DNA of 62,891 nt, counting the filler, from Octopus bimaculoides (taxonomy: Eukaryota), in the NCBI RefSeq assembly GCF_001194135.2. It is 6 parts of 6 records of this genome, joined end to end, with 100 filler letters (N's around TTAATTAATTAA, not from the genome) between each part and the next. Parts side by side here need not be neighbours in the genome. Positions count along the whole stretch, not along the records: positions 1 to 16,245 come from NC_069000.1; 5 more parts are not named here. One strand, given 5' to 3'. Positions 1-10,028 of this stretch are shown piece by piece. The translations under genes and the position numbers were made by a program. The stretch's first letter is position 1; the number at the start of each line of letters is the position of its first letter. Below the pieces are notes generated by a model. That model did no database searches. It saw only the letters and a list, made by a program, of their open reading frames with translations, and was not told the DNA's origin.

Positions 1-626
1 ACCCCCCCCCCAAAAAAAAAACAATAATCCAGTTATAAACAACCCACAGGTAAGATTCATAATTACAGGTAACATAAGACAAACAGACTGGTAGATGCAT
101 GCTTTTGTAGTACCAGAAGTGGATTTTTGGAACAGTGGTGGTGATGGTACATTTTTCAAAACAAAAAACAAAAATTCTTTATTAAAATTGTTTTTAAACA
201 CCAAAGTTGAGTTACCCAAGTGCAAAAAGATTCTGAAAATCCATGCAAAGTACCATTCCCTCCTTATTTTTTTTTTTCATCATCAGAATCAGCCAAAAGA
301 TACTCAGAATACAAGCAGAGTACCGAACTCTATATTCTTATCCGTAAGTTAAAAAATGCTTAAACACATATAAGGTATCCCCTCCTCTCCCATACGTTTC
401 ATTCTTTAATTAATCAATGATGGATATAAGACACCTACCTCTTCCATATTTTTTCATCTTAAAGTCTTTCGATTCCAACACCTGAAACCTCCCCTGGGTT
501 GTAAGACTTCTCGTTTGAAGTGATCTAAAAACCTTCCACCAAAATTTCATGTCAGCTCATTTCCTTGACATCAGTTTAAATGATGGCAAACTTATTTCAC
601 TAAATTCTTTATTATTTTCAAAATTA

Positions 627-1407
627 CCCTATTTGCTAGCGTATAAGATGCACCCCTATTTTCAAAGTGTATTTTGTAGAAACAAACAAATTTAGTATGT
701 TCCGTTATACACTTATTGAAAAGATATTTTAAAGTGGTTTTGTAGCGGAAAACGAATGCTTCTATGTGACAGCTTTTTCATCGGAATAAAGTATGAAACC
801 ATAAATTTATTAGGAATAAATTATGTTAATGAGTACCATATTTCAACTTTATTTTTTTTCCAGATCAATCGTATAATTGTATATAATTTGGTCAAGAGAT
901 GTAAAGTTTGTATTTTTTTGGCTCTGATGTTTTGTGGCTGCAACTGACCATCTGAATGATACACTATTGTCATGGGTTTATTGTTGTCCACTTGTTGCAA
1001 ATAGCCGATAGGTTGGAAGGAAGTTCCTTTCATCTTTCTAGGACAATTTTCATTTAAATAATAAAAAAAAAAAAATGTTTCTTAAAGATAACACAGGTAT
1101 TGAATAATATAAGACACATATCAGGTGTGAGTTATGAATTCTGTGGAAGGTGGTATAATGAGATGATGGCACCCTCCCCAGATAACTGCTGCCACACCGT
1201 AAGTAATTTCTTGCAAGTTTGTGCCAAGGGGCTGTGATAATTTAGTTTGTTTTAAAAAAACTTATTGTTAGTAACGATTATGTTCAGCAGATTTATGCTT
1301 GTCCAGTTCCCAAACCTACACCACTCGGTCTCCTATCCAATTTTTTTTTTAATACATTTACAAATTAAAAAAAAAAGCGCATCTTATACGTCAGTCAGCA
1401 AATATGG
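627..1407. mobile_element. Non-autonomous Tc1/mariner-superfamily (pogo/Tigger-like) DNA transposon, ~780 bp
   Basis: Left end CCCTATTTGCTAGCGTATAAGATGCAC (627-653) is an imperfect inverted repeat of the right end GCGCATCTTATACGTCAGTCAGCAAATATGG (1377-1407). Both ends are flanked by TA (625-626, 1408-1409). No intact transposase ORF inside. Confidence 0.7.
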
Positions 1408-1783
1408 TAATTGAAACAAACGAAGAGCATTTCAATGGAAATAGGGTAACAAAAGGGTCAAAGTGGTATAAATCATATCTTCCTATCAAAATTTCATGTT
1501 AATTACTGTTTCCAACACCAGCTGGCTTAATAATGGCAAAGTTATTTTACTGAGCTCGAAATTATTTTCAAAAGAGTAAGATCTGTTGGAATAATGGTAA
1601 AAGAAAGTCAAAGAGTCTGAGAGAAGAATCAGTAATGACTGTGAGTCAGTGTGATTTGAAGATGTTGATGAGTGAGTCACGTATAAGTCATATATATATA
1701 TATATATATATATCATACATACATATATATGTCATACATGTGTATGTACATATATATTTGTACATGTGTATGTATATATTATA

Positions 1784-1882
1784 CGTTGGACTGGACACCT
1801 TATTAGAGTGAAAGATAGCAGGGTCCCTAAACAGATGTTATATGGGGAACTTGTTAATGGAAAGAGACCCCGACAGAAACCA
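1784..1882 (+). mobile_element. RTE-clade LINE fragment (C-terminal part of the RT ORF)
   Basis: Translates without stops as RWTGHLIRVKDSRVPKQMLYGELVNGKRPRQKP, matching the RW.GH..RM...R.PK..LYGEL..GKR..G.P motif of RTE elements. Confidence 0.85.
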
Positions 1883-1892
1883 AGTACTTTGT

Positions 1893-1980
1893 TTCACTGG
1901 CCCAGGAGGGATGAAAGGTAAAGTTGACCTTGGCAAGATTTGAACTCAGAATGCTTGAAAGAAATTTCATAAAGCATTTT
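1893..1980 (-). mobile_element. SINE family D fragment
   Basis: GGATGAAAGGTAAAGTTGACCTTGGCAAGATTTGAACTCAGAA matches the core of the copies at 9838-10028 and 11265-11415. Confidence 0.7.
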
Positions 1981-2023
1981 CTCTGATTTTCTTTTCATTC
2001 TGCTCACCTTAATATCTTTGATG

Positions 2024-2320
2024 GTGTGGTTGAGAAGCTTGCCTTGCAAATGAATTAGTAGATGGAAACAAATGTGGAAGCCTGTTGTGCATGTATATAA
2101 ATGTGTGTGAGTCTGTCTGCATTTGTTACCCACCACTGCTTGACAGTTGGTGTAGGTTTGTTTATGTCCATGTAACTTGGTGGCTCAGCAAAAGAGACCA
2201 ACCGAATAAGAACCAGGCTTAAAAAAAAAAAGTACTGGCATTGATTTGTTTGAGTAAACCTTCCAAAGCAGTGCCCCAGCATGGTCACAGACCAACAACT
2301 AAAGTCGGAAGATAGACAGG
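2024..2320 (+). mobile_element. SINE family A, old and internally deleted copy
   Basis: Aligns by eye with the young copy at 62533-62891 (GCAAAAGAGACC..GAATAAG..CCAGCATGG). Confidence 0.75.
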
Positions 2321-2779
2321 TGCAGGACCACAGAATTGAGGAGAGGTATTTAAACGACAAGATATGATCCAAAGAAGAAGAAGAAGAAGAATGAAAATTG
2401 AAGTCGACCCCAGCAGGATATGAACTCAGATCATGTAAGGAGATTTGTAACAGAATACCTTACAGGATTCTGTTCATTCCTCCGCAGGTGATTCTGTCGT
2501 CCACTGTCTTCTAACACTGGCATGAGGCCAGACATGTTTCTCGACACTGCTGTTAAGTGGATCTGTGTTTGATAAGGAAACTAAAATATTTGTCTCCCTT
2601 GGAAGGACGAAGTCCAAAGTTAACTCTGGAACAATTTTACAGAGTCTGCTAATGCACCATCTTAATTAATACGAACGGTAATATTAACAACATTTTTGAT
2701 AGACACACATATACATGAGTGTGCGTGTGTGTGTATATATGTATATATACACATGGATATGTGTGTGCCTGTGTGTATA

Positions 2780-2817
<38 letters not shown>

Positions 2818-2927
2818 CACATATGTGTGTGTGTATATATATATATATATTTGTTCAATAATGATAAAAACAATTTTACATTAATCCGATGGGTTACTCC
2901 ATACTTTTGTAGAGAATAGATTTATCA

Positions 2928-3044
2928 TTCTTAAACAAGAAAGTTGTTGACAGTGACTCCGAAGTTTCGGCCAGCTCATCATCCAACAATGACTTAGCTG
3001 GTTGAAACTTCGAAGTTACTGGCAACGACATTCTTGCTTAAGAA
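2928..3044. repeat. 117-bp palindrome: 49-bp arms (41/49 identical) and a 19-bp spacer
   Basis: Arm 2928-2976 is the imperfect reverse complement of arm 2996-3044. Confidence 0.85.
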
Positions 3045-3071
3045 CAATATATATATCCTTGTATGTATGTA

Positions 3072-3125
<54 letters not shown>

Positions 3126-3598
3126 TGTTTGTGTCTATGAATATATATATATATATATATATATAGATAGATATACATACATACATGTATATATTATTAG
3201 AAACTGAAGCGCCTTGATTTGTAACACTGAGTTTTTTAATCATTTGAACAATCAGAAACTTAAAACTCAGAGTTACAATTTAAGAAATCCCAGTATCCAT
3301 TAAAATATACATACTCTCCTTCATGTATAGAGTACCTACCCCCATTTGTAACCACAATTGTTCACATTATGTATACATATATACACATGCACACGCACAC
3401 ATATATAAGGTGAATGAGATTCAGTTATCAACAATATACAAGTTAAAGAGAATACTTTTGTGGGATAAAAATTTTTGATATCCATGAAGGCAATCCAACT
3501 TATGAGTGTTTCGGATCAGAGGATCAGAGGAACAGGATTCTTCTTTGTTTAGCATGGATTATGACTAGTTGTGGAAGAAAATGTTTTTCATGGTTGGA

Positions 3599-5872
3599 TT
3601 ACGAATCAAAGTCTGGCCAATAAGAGACATGGATCTTGCGTAGTTTACTATCAAATAATTTAAAAAGCCAACGATCCAAACCTTGCAGAGGTCCACCTTC
3701 TAGAAGTGGTTTAACAATTAATTCATTATGTTCTTTCTCGCTGTCCGACTCTGTGGCTGTGCCATGCAGCTGTTGTATGTTTTTGGATGTGCTCTTTGCA
3801 TGGTAGATGTAATAGTACTGGCGGTAACCGTTAATGGCCAGCACCGTGCCGATGCAGTTGCGAATGTTAATGTTACAAAGTTGGACTCGGTGGTCAATGC
3901 TTTCTTCCAGTAAGTGTCGGTACCATGCTAAATATTGGTCGAGATCTAAATACGAGAAAGTCAGCACGTTGGAATGAGAATATTCTCTCATTAGTTTCCG
4001 GAAGGAAATCAATATGTCTTCCTTGTCATCATCTGCCAGAAGTACGAGTATGGTGAAACCTGGATCAGTGTCTTTGACAAGTGTGTCATAGGTCTCAGGA
4101 CAGAGTTCATAAAGAACCACAGCATTGTCCGGGCTTTTTAAAGCAAGTCTCCTGTTTTTGATGTTCGGTGGTCTAGGAGTTATTTGTGGCTGTTGCTGCA
4201 TCACTTTTTGCATTTCAGTGTTAAGCATCCGACGCATCAACAGTCCGACAAAGAAGACAGAGAGAAGAGCAACAACAATGCTGAACCATGTCATGAAATC
4301 ATAATGTTTGAAATAAGTTAGCAGGCGATTAAACCAGTCGAAAAACTTGTGAATGATTCTTACCATTAGACTCAACGTGTGCTCATTGTGGAAGTCAGGC
4401 AAGGTAGCAGTGTAGTGTAGAATATTAGAACTGGCAAACAACTCTTCTAGACGTTTCTCAAGGTTCTGGCATGTTATCTGGTTATGGATGTCGTTACCAC
4501 TCCATCCAGGTTCCACCCATTCGTAGTTCATGTGGTGTTTGTCCATGCGCCACAGAATGGCCAGCTTCAGTGTCGAAGGGTTTGAATGCGTTTGGTTCCC
4601 ATTCATGAGGGCGCTGACGAAACGGCGCTGTGTTTCTTCGTAGAGGTACATGAATTTCACCTTGTTTTCGAAAGTCGGAGCCCGCTGGACATAGTTTCGA
4701 AACTGTGAACGGTACGTGTTATGTTCGTCGGTCTTCTTGCTGACTAGAATCACACACAGTTTTCGACGTTTGGGTCTGATCTCAATTGGACACAATTCAT
4801 CGAAGAATATCTGCGACGAGAGGCGAGGTAAAGTGAGGTATTGGTTAGCATCCATCACTTCGTTGATGCTGTCCGAAGACAAAGTATTCATCGTGACAAT
4901 TGCAACACTCGTGTTACTGTCTTCACCAACCATCAAAAGACTTTCTTTAGCCTTGTTTACATTAAAACGATTCAGTATTCCTAAAACATTAGAGCTTCGG
5001 GTGTTAACATAACCGGATGCGATTTTCTCACGGTGGGCGAAAGCCGACATTAACAACCTCAACGGCGGTTTCTCTTTCGGGGCGAAGAATAAGGCTCTCA
5101 TTCGGTTATCAGACCACCCGAGCAGGAAATCTTTAAAGTTATTATCGCTCAGCGTTTTCAAGGTTTTCGAAGGTTCAAACAGATTTCGAACAAAGTCGCG
5201 AAGTGCTTGTTTAGTAACGTGGCCCTTGAAGTAAGTTACACGACCATTAACAACAGCCATGATCTGAGGAATTTCATGTATACGTAAATTACTGCCCAGC
5301 ACACGGTTCGATGTCACATGGATAGTTCCTACTCCAATTCCAAGTTGTTCTTGATCTTTGATGAATTTTTCGATCAAAGGCTCGATATGTCGACAGATGT
5401 GGCAAGTGTCACCATATGCATAAAGAAAATAAGGTCTTCGATAGCTTTCTGGGAGAATTCGGACATCATAGAACCCGTGAGTTATCATGTGTTTGTCGAT
5501 AATCGATTCAGCTCCAAAATTAAACACACGAGATCCAGGTGGCCCCGGTTTGTGATACATGGCGTAGTTCCTTTGTATGTGGTTGTCATGGGATGCTACA
5601 TAACCGTGTTGATCGTAGATCGACCGCCGTTCCGGATAGCCTAACGTTTGGTACGCCTCGTTTATTTTGGTAAATTTAAACACAGCAGCGGGGTCTTTGT
5701 TTTTGTCAGGGTGCCACATCTTCACTAAATACTTATAAGCCTTCCTGATGTCTTGGTTGCTCGCATGTCTATTTACTCCGAGCACATCATAGAGATTATC
5801 AGCAGAACTAAAACTGGAAATAATTACGATCATCAGTGGTAAAAACATGATGGAAACCAATATTTTCTTCAT
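3599..5872 (-). CDS. DNAJC16: DnaJ homolog subfamily C member 16-like ER co-chaperone, single uninterrupted 757-aa ORF
   Basis: Hydrophobic signal peptide (MKKILVSIMFLPLMIVIISSFSSA), then a J domain with HPD (codons at 5705-5713), a thioredoxin-like fold with CHIC (5393-5404), further Trx-like regions, a TM helix (FMTWFSIVVALLSVFFVGLLM) and a cytosolic tail. Architecture and length fit the DNAJC16/ERdj8 family. The ATG has A at -3. Confidence 0.92.
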   Translation of the reverse strand: MKKILVSIMFLPLMIVIISSFSSADNLYDVLGVNRHASNQDIRKAYKYLVKMWHPDKNKDPAAVFKFTKINEAYQTLGYPERRSIYDQHGYVASHDNHIQRNYAMYHKPGPPGSRVFNFGAESIIDKHMITHGFYDVRILPESYRRPYFLYAYGDTCHICRHIEPLIEKFIKDQEQLGIGVGTIHVTSNRVLGSNLRIHEIPQIMAVVNGRVTYFKGHVTKQALRDFVRNLFEPSKTLKTLSDNNFKDFLLGWSDNRMRALFFAPKEKPPLRLLMSAFAHREKIASGYVNTRSSNVLGILNRFNVNKAKESLLMVGEDSNTSVAIVTMNTLSSDSINEVMDANQYLTLPRLSSQIFFDELCPIEIRPKRRKLCVILVSKKTDEHNTYRSQFRNYVQRAPTFENKVKFMYLYEETQRRFVSALMNGNQTHSNPSTLKLAILWRMDKHHMNYEWVEPGWSGNDIHNQITCQNLEKRLEELFASSNILHYTATLPDFHNEHTLSLMVRIIHKFFDWFNRLLTYFKHYDFMTWFSIVVALLSVFFVGLLMRRMLNTEMQKVMQQQPQITPRPPNIKNRRLALKSPDNAVVLYELCPETYDTLVKDTDPGFTILVLLADDDKEDILISFRKLMREYSHSNVLTFSYLDLDQYLAWYRHLLEESIDHRVQLCNINIRNCIGTVLAINGYRQYYYIYHAKSTSKNIQQLHGTATESDSEKEHNELIVKPLLEGGPLQGLDRWLFKLFDSKLRKIHVSYWPDFDS

Positions 5873-6039
5873 TGTGTTTTCGTTTTTCTTATAAAATATA
5901 CGTGTATAATACAGTACCTCTGTGTTTCGAAGCTGTTAAACTGGCAAATATCCCGTCCAAAGTACCCGAGGTAGCTGATAACATTCAATTCCAGTGGAGG
6001 AGGGGAAATATCAACAATCGAGAGAAAGTAAAAGTCAGT

Positions 6040-6913
6040 TATCTGCCCTTAGTTACTAGTTCTTCTCACCAGATCACTTCCGGTATATTTCGAATTGGCT
6101 TTTTTTTTTGAATAAAAATTGGTTTTTGAAGGAAAAAAAAAAAGGTCTTTCCTTTTTCATATAGCAAAACTTAACATTCTTCTTACATAATATGCATTTA
6201 TCCTTTTTATTTATTTAGATAATTTTTGGATGAAAAAAATGTAAAAATGAAACTAACATTTCCAATAATAGGGAATAAAAAAAACATAACATAGTTTTCT
6301 TTAATTATCGAAACGCGCAAATAAATAAATAAATAAATAGACGCTTTGGAATAATACTTTTTTATGTGTTTTACAACGCATTTTTTATTTACAAAACCCA
6401 TTGTTCATCCTTATAGAGGATAAACTGGAATTTAAATGGTTATCTTCTACGAGTTATCTCCCATACCTACCATCTAAACTCCTTTACTTTATAAGGAGAT
6501 TAATACTAAATGTCTTGAGATTATCCCGATGTCTTGGCGGGACAACGAGAGCAGTCGGAGAGGAATGCTTTCTAAATCTTTCTTTCGGCTCTTCTACATT
6601 TTGATTTTAAATCCAATCTCAATTGACTTTACCTTTCACTCTTTCTGAGTCGATGAAATAAAATAGCTCTCAAGTTCTGAGTATGGCAGAGTTTTGGAAT
6701 GGCCTACTCAAAAGCATTAGAAATATAGGTGACCAGAAAAAAGTTTCTTATGGTATTGGAAACACATGGTAGTCTCAGAATATTTTCAGAAGAATCAAAA
6801 CACTTTAATGAAGAATAAACCCGCAAAAATTGACGGAAGTTGTATGAGAGTAAACTCCCCTACTTCGGAACTCTTTTGCTTCCGTCACTGGAAACCCGAT
6901 GCCACTGACTTAG
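6040..6913. promoter_or_regulatory. Candidate bidirectional promoter region with ETS-type motifs
   Basis: CACTTCCGG at 6075-6083 (~200 bp upstream of the DNAJC16 ATG), CGGAAGT at 6834-6840, CTTCCG at 6879-6884, and a plus-strand donor-like AG|GTAAGA at 6913/6914. Confidence 0.35.
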
Positions 6914-7180
6914 GTAAGATTTCGTTTTTAAAAAATATATATTTATTTATATTTCTGTATAAATAAATATATTTATTTATATATCTATTCATATAACAGT
7001 GATGACTTGACATTTTATGTATGCATCCGACTTAGTCGTTCGATAGATCTTTGGTTTGAAGGGGTCCACGGCTTTCAGTCATTGACATTGTGCTCTGTCA
7101 AAGACAAAAGATTCACTGGATGCCGTTTCGGAACATCTCTCCCATTTCATTCTTGTATTTAATTGTTCCATGTCCCTTAA

Positions 7181-7409
7181 CCCTTGTCTTACTCTGTCCC
7201 TATTGAACCACACTATTTCTGTTTCAGTTATTTTTGGAAATAATGAACAATTTAGTAAAATTCATTCAGGCAACTTTTATCATTATTAATCTGGTAATTA
7301 GGAACATAAACTAACATGAGATTATTGCTGGACTGTCTTAATTTTGATCATTTAAAAACAAAATGTTGGTATTAGAAAACCGGAGGTGGTTTCAGGCAGA
7401 TTAAAATGG
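7181..7409. mobile_element. piggyBac-type MITE
   Basis: TTAA|CCCTT...AATGG|TTAA. TTAA at 7177-7180 and 7410-7413. The TIR is short and degenerate. Confidence 0.55.
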
Positions 7410-7529
7410 TTAAACAGTTCCTTTCTTCGGTAGAATAAAACCTGACGCATAACTTTTAAGAAAAACGGTGAATTTTATATCAGCTTTTCAAGTGTGAGTT
7501 CCTAATTTCAAAATATTTCTATCGTTTAT

Positions 7530-8047
7530 TTGTTCCAGTCAGTGGTCTCTGGCCATGCTGGAACACTGCCTTGAACGGTTTTGCCGAACGAATCAACCCC
7601 TGTATTTAATTATTTATTATTATATTTTTTTTTATATAAAGCCTGATACTTATTCTGTCGAACCGCTACGTGACAGGGACGTAAACAAAACGACACTGGT
7701 TGTCAAACGGTGGTGGATGGCAAACATAAAGACACACACGCATATACACGACGATCTTTGAGTTTCCGTTCACCAAATTCACTTCCTGGGATTTGGTCGC
7801 CGCGGCTATTGTAAAAAAAACACGATACTACTTAAATACAGAGGTCCCGACGCATCTGCGTAACACTAACCCTAACCCCGAACCCTAACGAGTGTGCACT
7901 GTTAAAACATATCATTACATAGAGGCATCGGAACCTCTGTGTTTAAGTAGTGCCGAAAACACTTGCTCACAGTAGCACAGTGGGACTGAACCTAGAACAA
8001 TATGGTTGGGAAGCAAACTTCTTTCCCCACTGTTTTATGTCTGCGCC
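7530..8047 (-). mobile_element. SINE family A copy, interrupted by a MITE
   Basis: Reverse complement matches the family A head (GGCGCAG..TGG..AAG..TTGCTTCCCAACC) and body (TTGACAACC..TGTTTACGTCCC..CCAGCATGGCC). It is split at 7824-7954. Confidence 0.85.
7824..7954. mobile_element. 131-bp MITE with 30-bp TIRs, 8-bp TSD and internal CCCTAA-like repeats (Merlin-like)
   Basis: TIRs at 7824-7853 and 7925-7954 are 25/30 identical, all mismatches being transitions. Flanks are AAAAACAC (7816-7823) and GAAAACAC (7955-7962). TAACACTAACCCTAACCCCGAACCCTAAC lies at 7861-7889. Confidence 0.8.
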
Positions 8048-8489
8048 ATATTTGAAAAGCATGTCAATGGGCATTGATAAAAGAAAAACAAAATCTTCGA
8101 AAAGTGACACTGAAAAATTTTAGACATAAACTATTTTGGTATAACTACAGTTTAGGGCTCCCTTTAAATTTATTTCCTCATAGCTTATTTTTTAATTCTT
8201 TTAATATATATTTTTAAATGAAATTTTACAGAAATATGTTTGCGAAAATATAGATTACGATTATGTTGATGCAATGAAAAAAAAATGTCCATACTTTGTA
8301 GTAACTTCTCAATAACTGGTATAACTATAGATTGGTGCCATCTTTCCATGCCTTTATTTACCCGGGAGTTGGGGAGAATGATCTGAAACTCATGATAATA
8401 AGTATTCAAATTAGGTGAAGGGACAAGTCAATTACATCGTTCCCAGTTCATAACTGGTACTTAATTTAAAAGGCAGAGTCATAAAAAAC

Positions 8490-8768
8490 ACTATCCGAAT
8501 GTAAACGACTACCTCCTGTGCTGGTGGCACATAAAAAGCACTATCTGAACATAATCAATGCCAGGGCCGCCTGACTGGCTCCCGTGCCGGTGGCACGTAA
8601 AAAGCACCTACTACACTCTCGGAGTGGTTGGCATTAGGAAGGACATCCAGCTGTAGAAACGTTGCCAAATCAGATTGGAGCCTGGTGCAGCCGCTGGCTC
8701 TCTAGACCTCAGTCAAACCGTCCAACCCATGCCAGCATGGAAAACAGACGTTAAACACTGATGATGAT
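8490..8768 (+). mobile_element. SINE family E 3' part with (GAT)n tail
   Basis: GTGGCACGTAAAAAGCAC..GGAAGGACATCCAGCTGTAGAAAC..CCAACCCATGCCAGCATGGAAAACAGACGTTAAA followed by GATGATGAT. Same sequence as 32096-32277. Confidence 0.85.
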
Positions 8769-9085
8769 GCGTGCGCATTCATTTTTGTCCTTGTCGTGAT
8801 AAATGATTGCTGTTAGCAAGTGTTGTCATATAAGCTGTATCATTTATTTCCTGTCACCATCATCATCATCATTTAACATCCGTTTTCCATGCTGATATGG
8901 GTCGGATGGTTTGATAGAAAACGTCAACTGGGGGAATATTCATTTTTTACTTAGGGGTCCCTTTGGTTACTGTTTTCACTGTGGTGGCAGACCCCTCCCC
9001 AACACTCAGCCATTCAATCTTTCTATTGTTAAATATTCTTCTGTGTAAAAAATTTCTTAAAGTGTTTTGTGTATTCTTCATTACC

Positions 9086-9215
9086 ATCATCATCATTTAA
9101 CGTCTGCCTTCCATGCTGGCATGGGTTGGACGGTTTGACAGGAACCTGTACTAGACTTCTGTGGATGTTTTGGCATAGTTTTTACAGCTGGATGCCTTTC
9201 CTGACACCAACCACC
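9086..9215 (-). mobile_element. SINE family E fragment
   Basis: CATCATCATTTAACGTCTGCCTTCCATGCTGGCATGGGTTGGACGG is the reverse complement of the family E 3' end. Confidence 0.8.
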
Positions 9216-9224
9216 CAATTGAGT

Positions 9225-9478
9225 AGGCGCAGGAGTGGCTGTGTGGTAAGAAGCTTGCTTCTGAACCACATGGTTCCGGGTTCAGTCCCACTGCGTGGCA
9301 CCTTGTGCGAGTGTCCGTCGTATATATGTATATATGTATTTGTGTGTCTGTGTTTGTCCCCTCCCTCCCCCCAACATCGCTTGGCAACCGATCTTGGTGT
9401 GATTACGTCCCCATAAACTTCGCGTTTCGGCAAAAGAGACCCATAGAATAAATACTAAGGTTTACAAAGAATAAGTCA
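9225..9478 (+). mobile_element. SINE family A with an internal deletion
   Basis: tRNA-like head AGGCGCAGGAGTGGCTGTGTGGTAAG..GGTTCAGTCCCACTGCGTGGCACC, near-identical to 62533 onward. Confidence 0.9.
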
Positions 9479-9588
9479 TTGTTTCACTGCCATAAATGAA
9501 ATGTGTTTAACAAAGTCAAGATGAGGTTACTTCCCTTGGACAGTGTGACATTGGAACATGCGTTGTGGATGAACAATAAATATTGGAT

Positions 9589-9790
9589 TCAAATTTTAGC
9601 ACCAGGCCAGCAATTTCTGGAAGTTGATTACATCGGACCCTGGCACTCAACTGGTACTTATTTTATTGACCCTTAAAGGTTGAAAGATAAAGTCGACGTC
9701 GTCGGAATTTGAACTCCGAACGTAAAGACAGACGAAATGCTGCTAAGCTGTTTTACTCAGTGTGTTAACGACTCTACCAGCTCACTTGCC

Positions 9791-9825
<35 letters not shown>

Positions 9826-10028
9826 CCTTTTTACTATAGGCAACAAGGCCTGGATTTTTGTGGGGAGGGGGTCATTCGATCACATCGACCTCAGTGTTCA
9901 ACTGGTACTTAATTTATTGACCCTGAAAGTATGAAAGGCAAAGTTGACCTCGGCAGAATTTGATCTCAGAACATAGCGACGGGCGAAATATCGCTAAGTA
10001 TTTCATTCAGCGTGCTGACGATTCTGCT
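9589..10028 (-). mobile_element. Two tandem SINE family D copies separated by (TAA)n
   Basis: Both copies (9589-9790, 9838-10028) contain CAACTGGTACTTA.TTTATTGACCC..AAAGT.GAC.TC.GC.GAATTTGA.CTC.GAAC. Confidence 0.85.

Noticed and set aside
2996-3010. AGCTGGTTGAAA resembles the miR-133 passenger arm as I recall it
   Set aside because: The mature miR-133 sequence is absent from the opposite arm, and the match is short and inside a longer palindrome.
3728-5644. Short plus-strand ORFs overlapping DNAJC16, and minus-strand ORFs overlapping the ZNF CDS
   Set aside because: Antisense shadows of real coding sequence.
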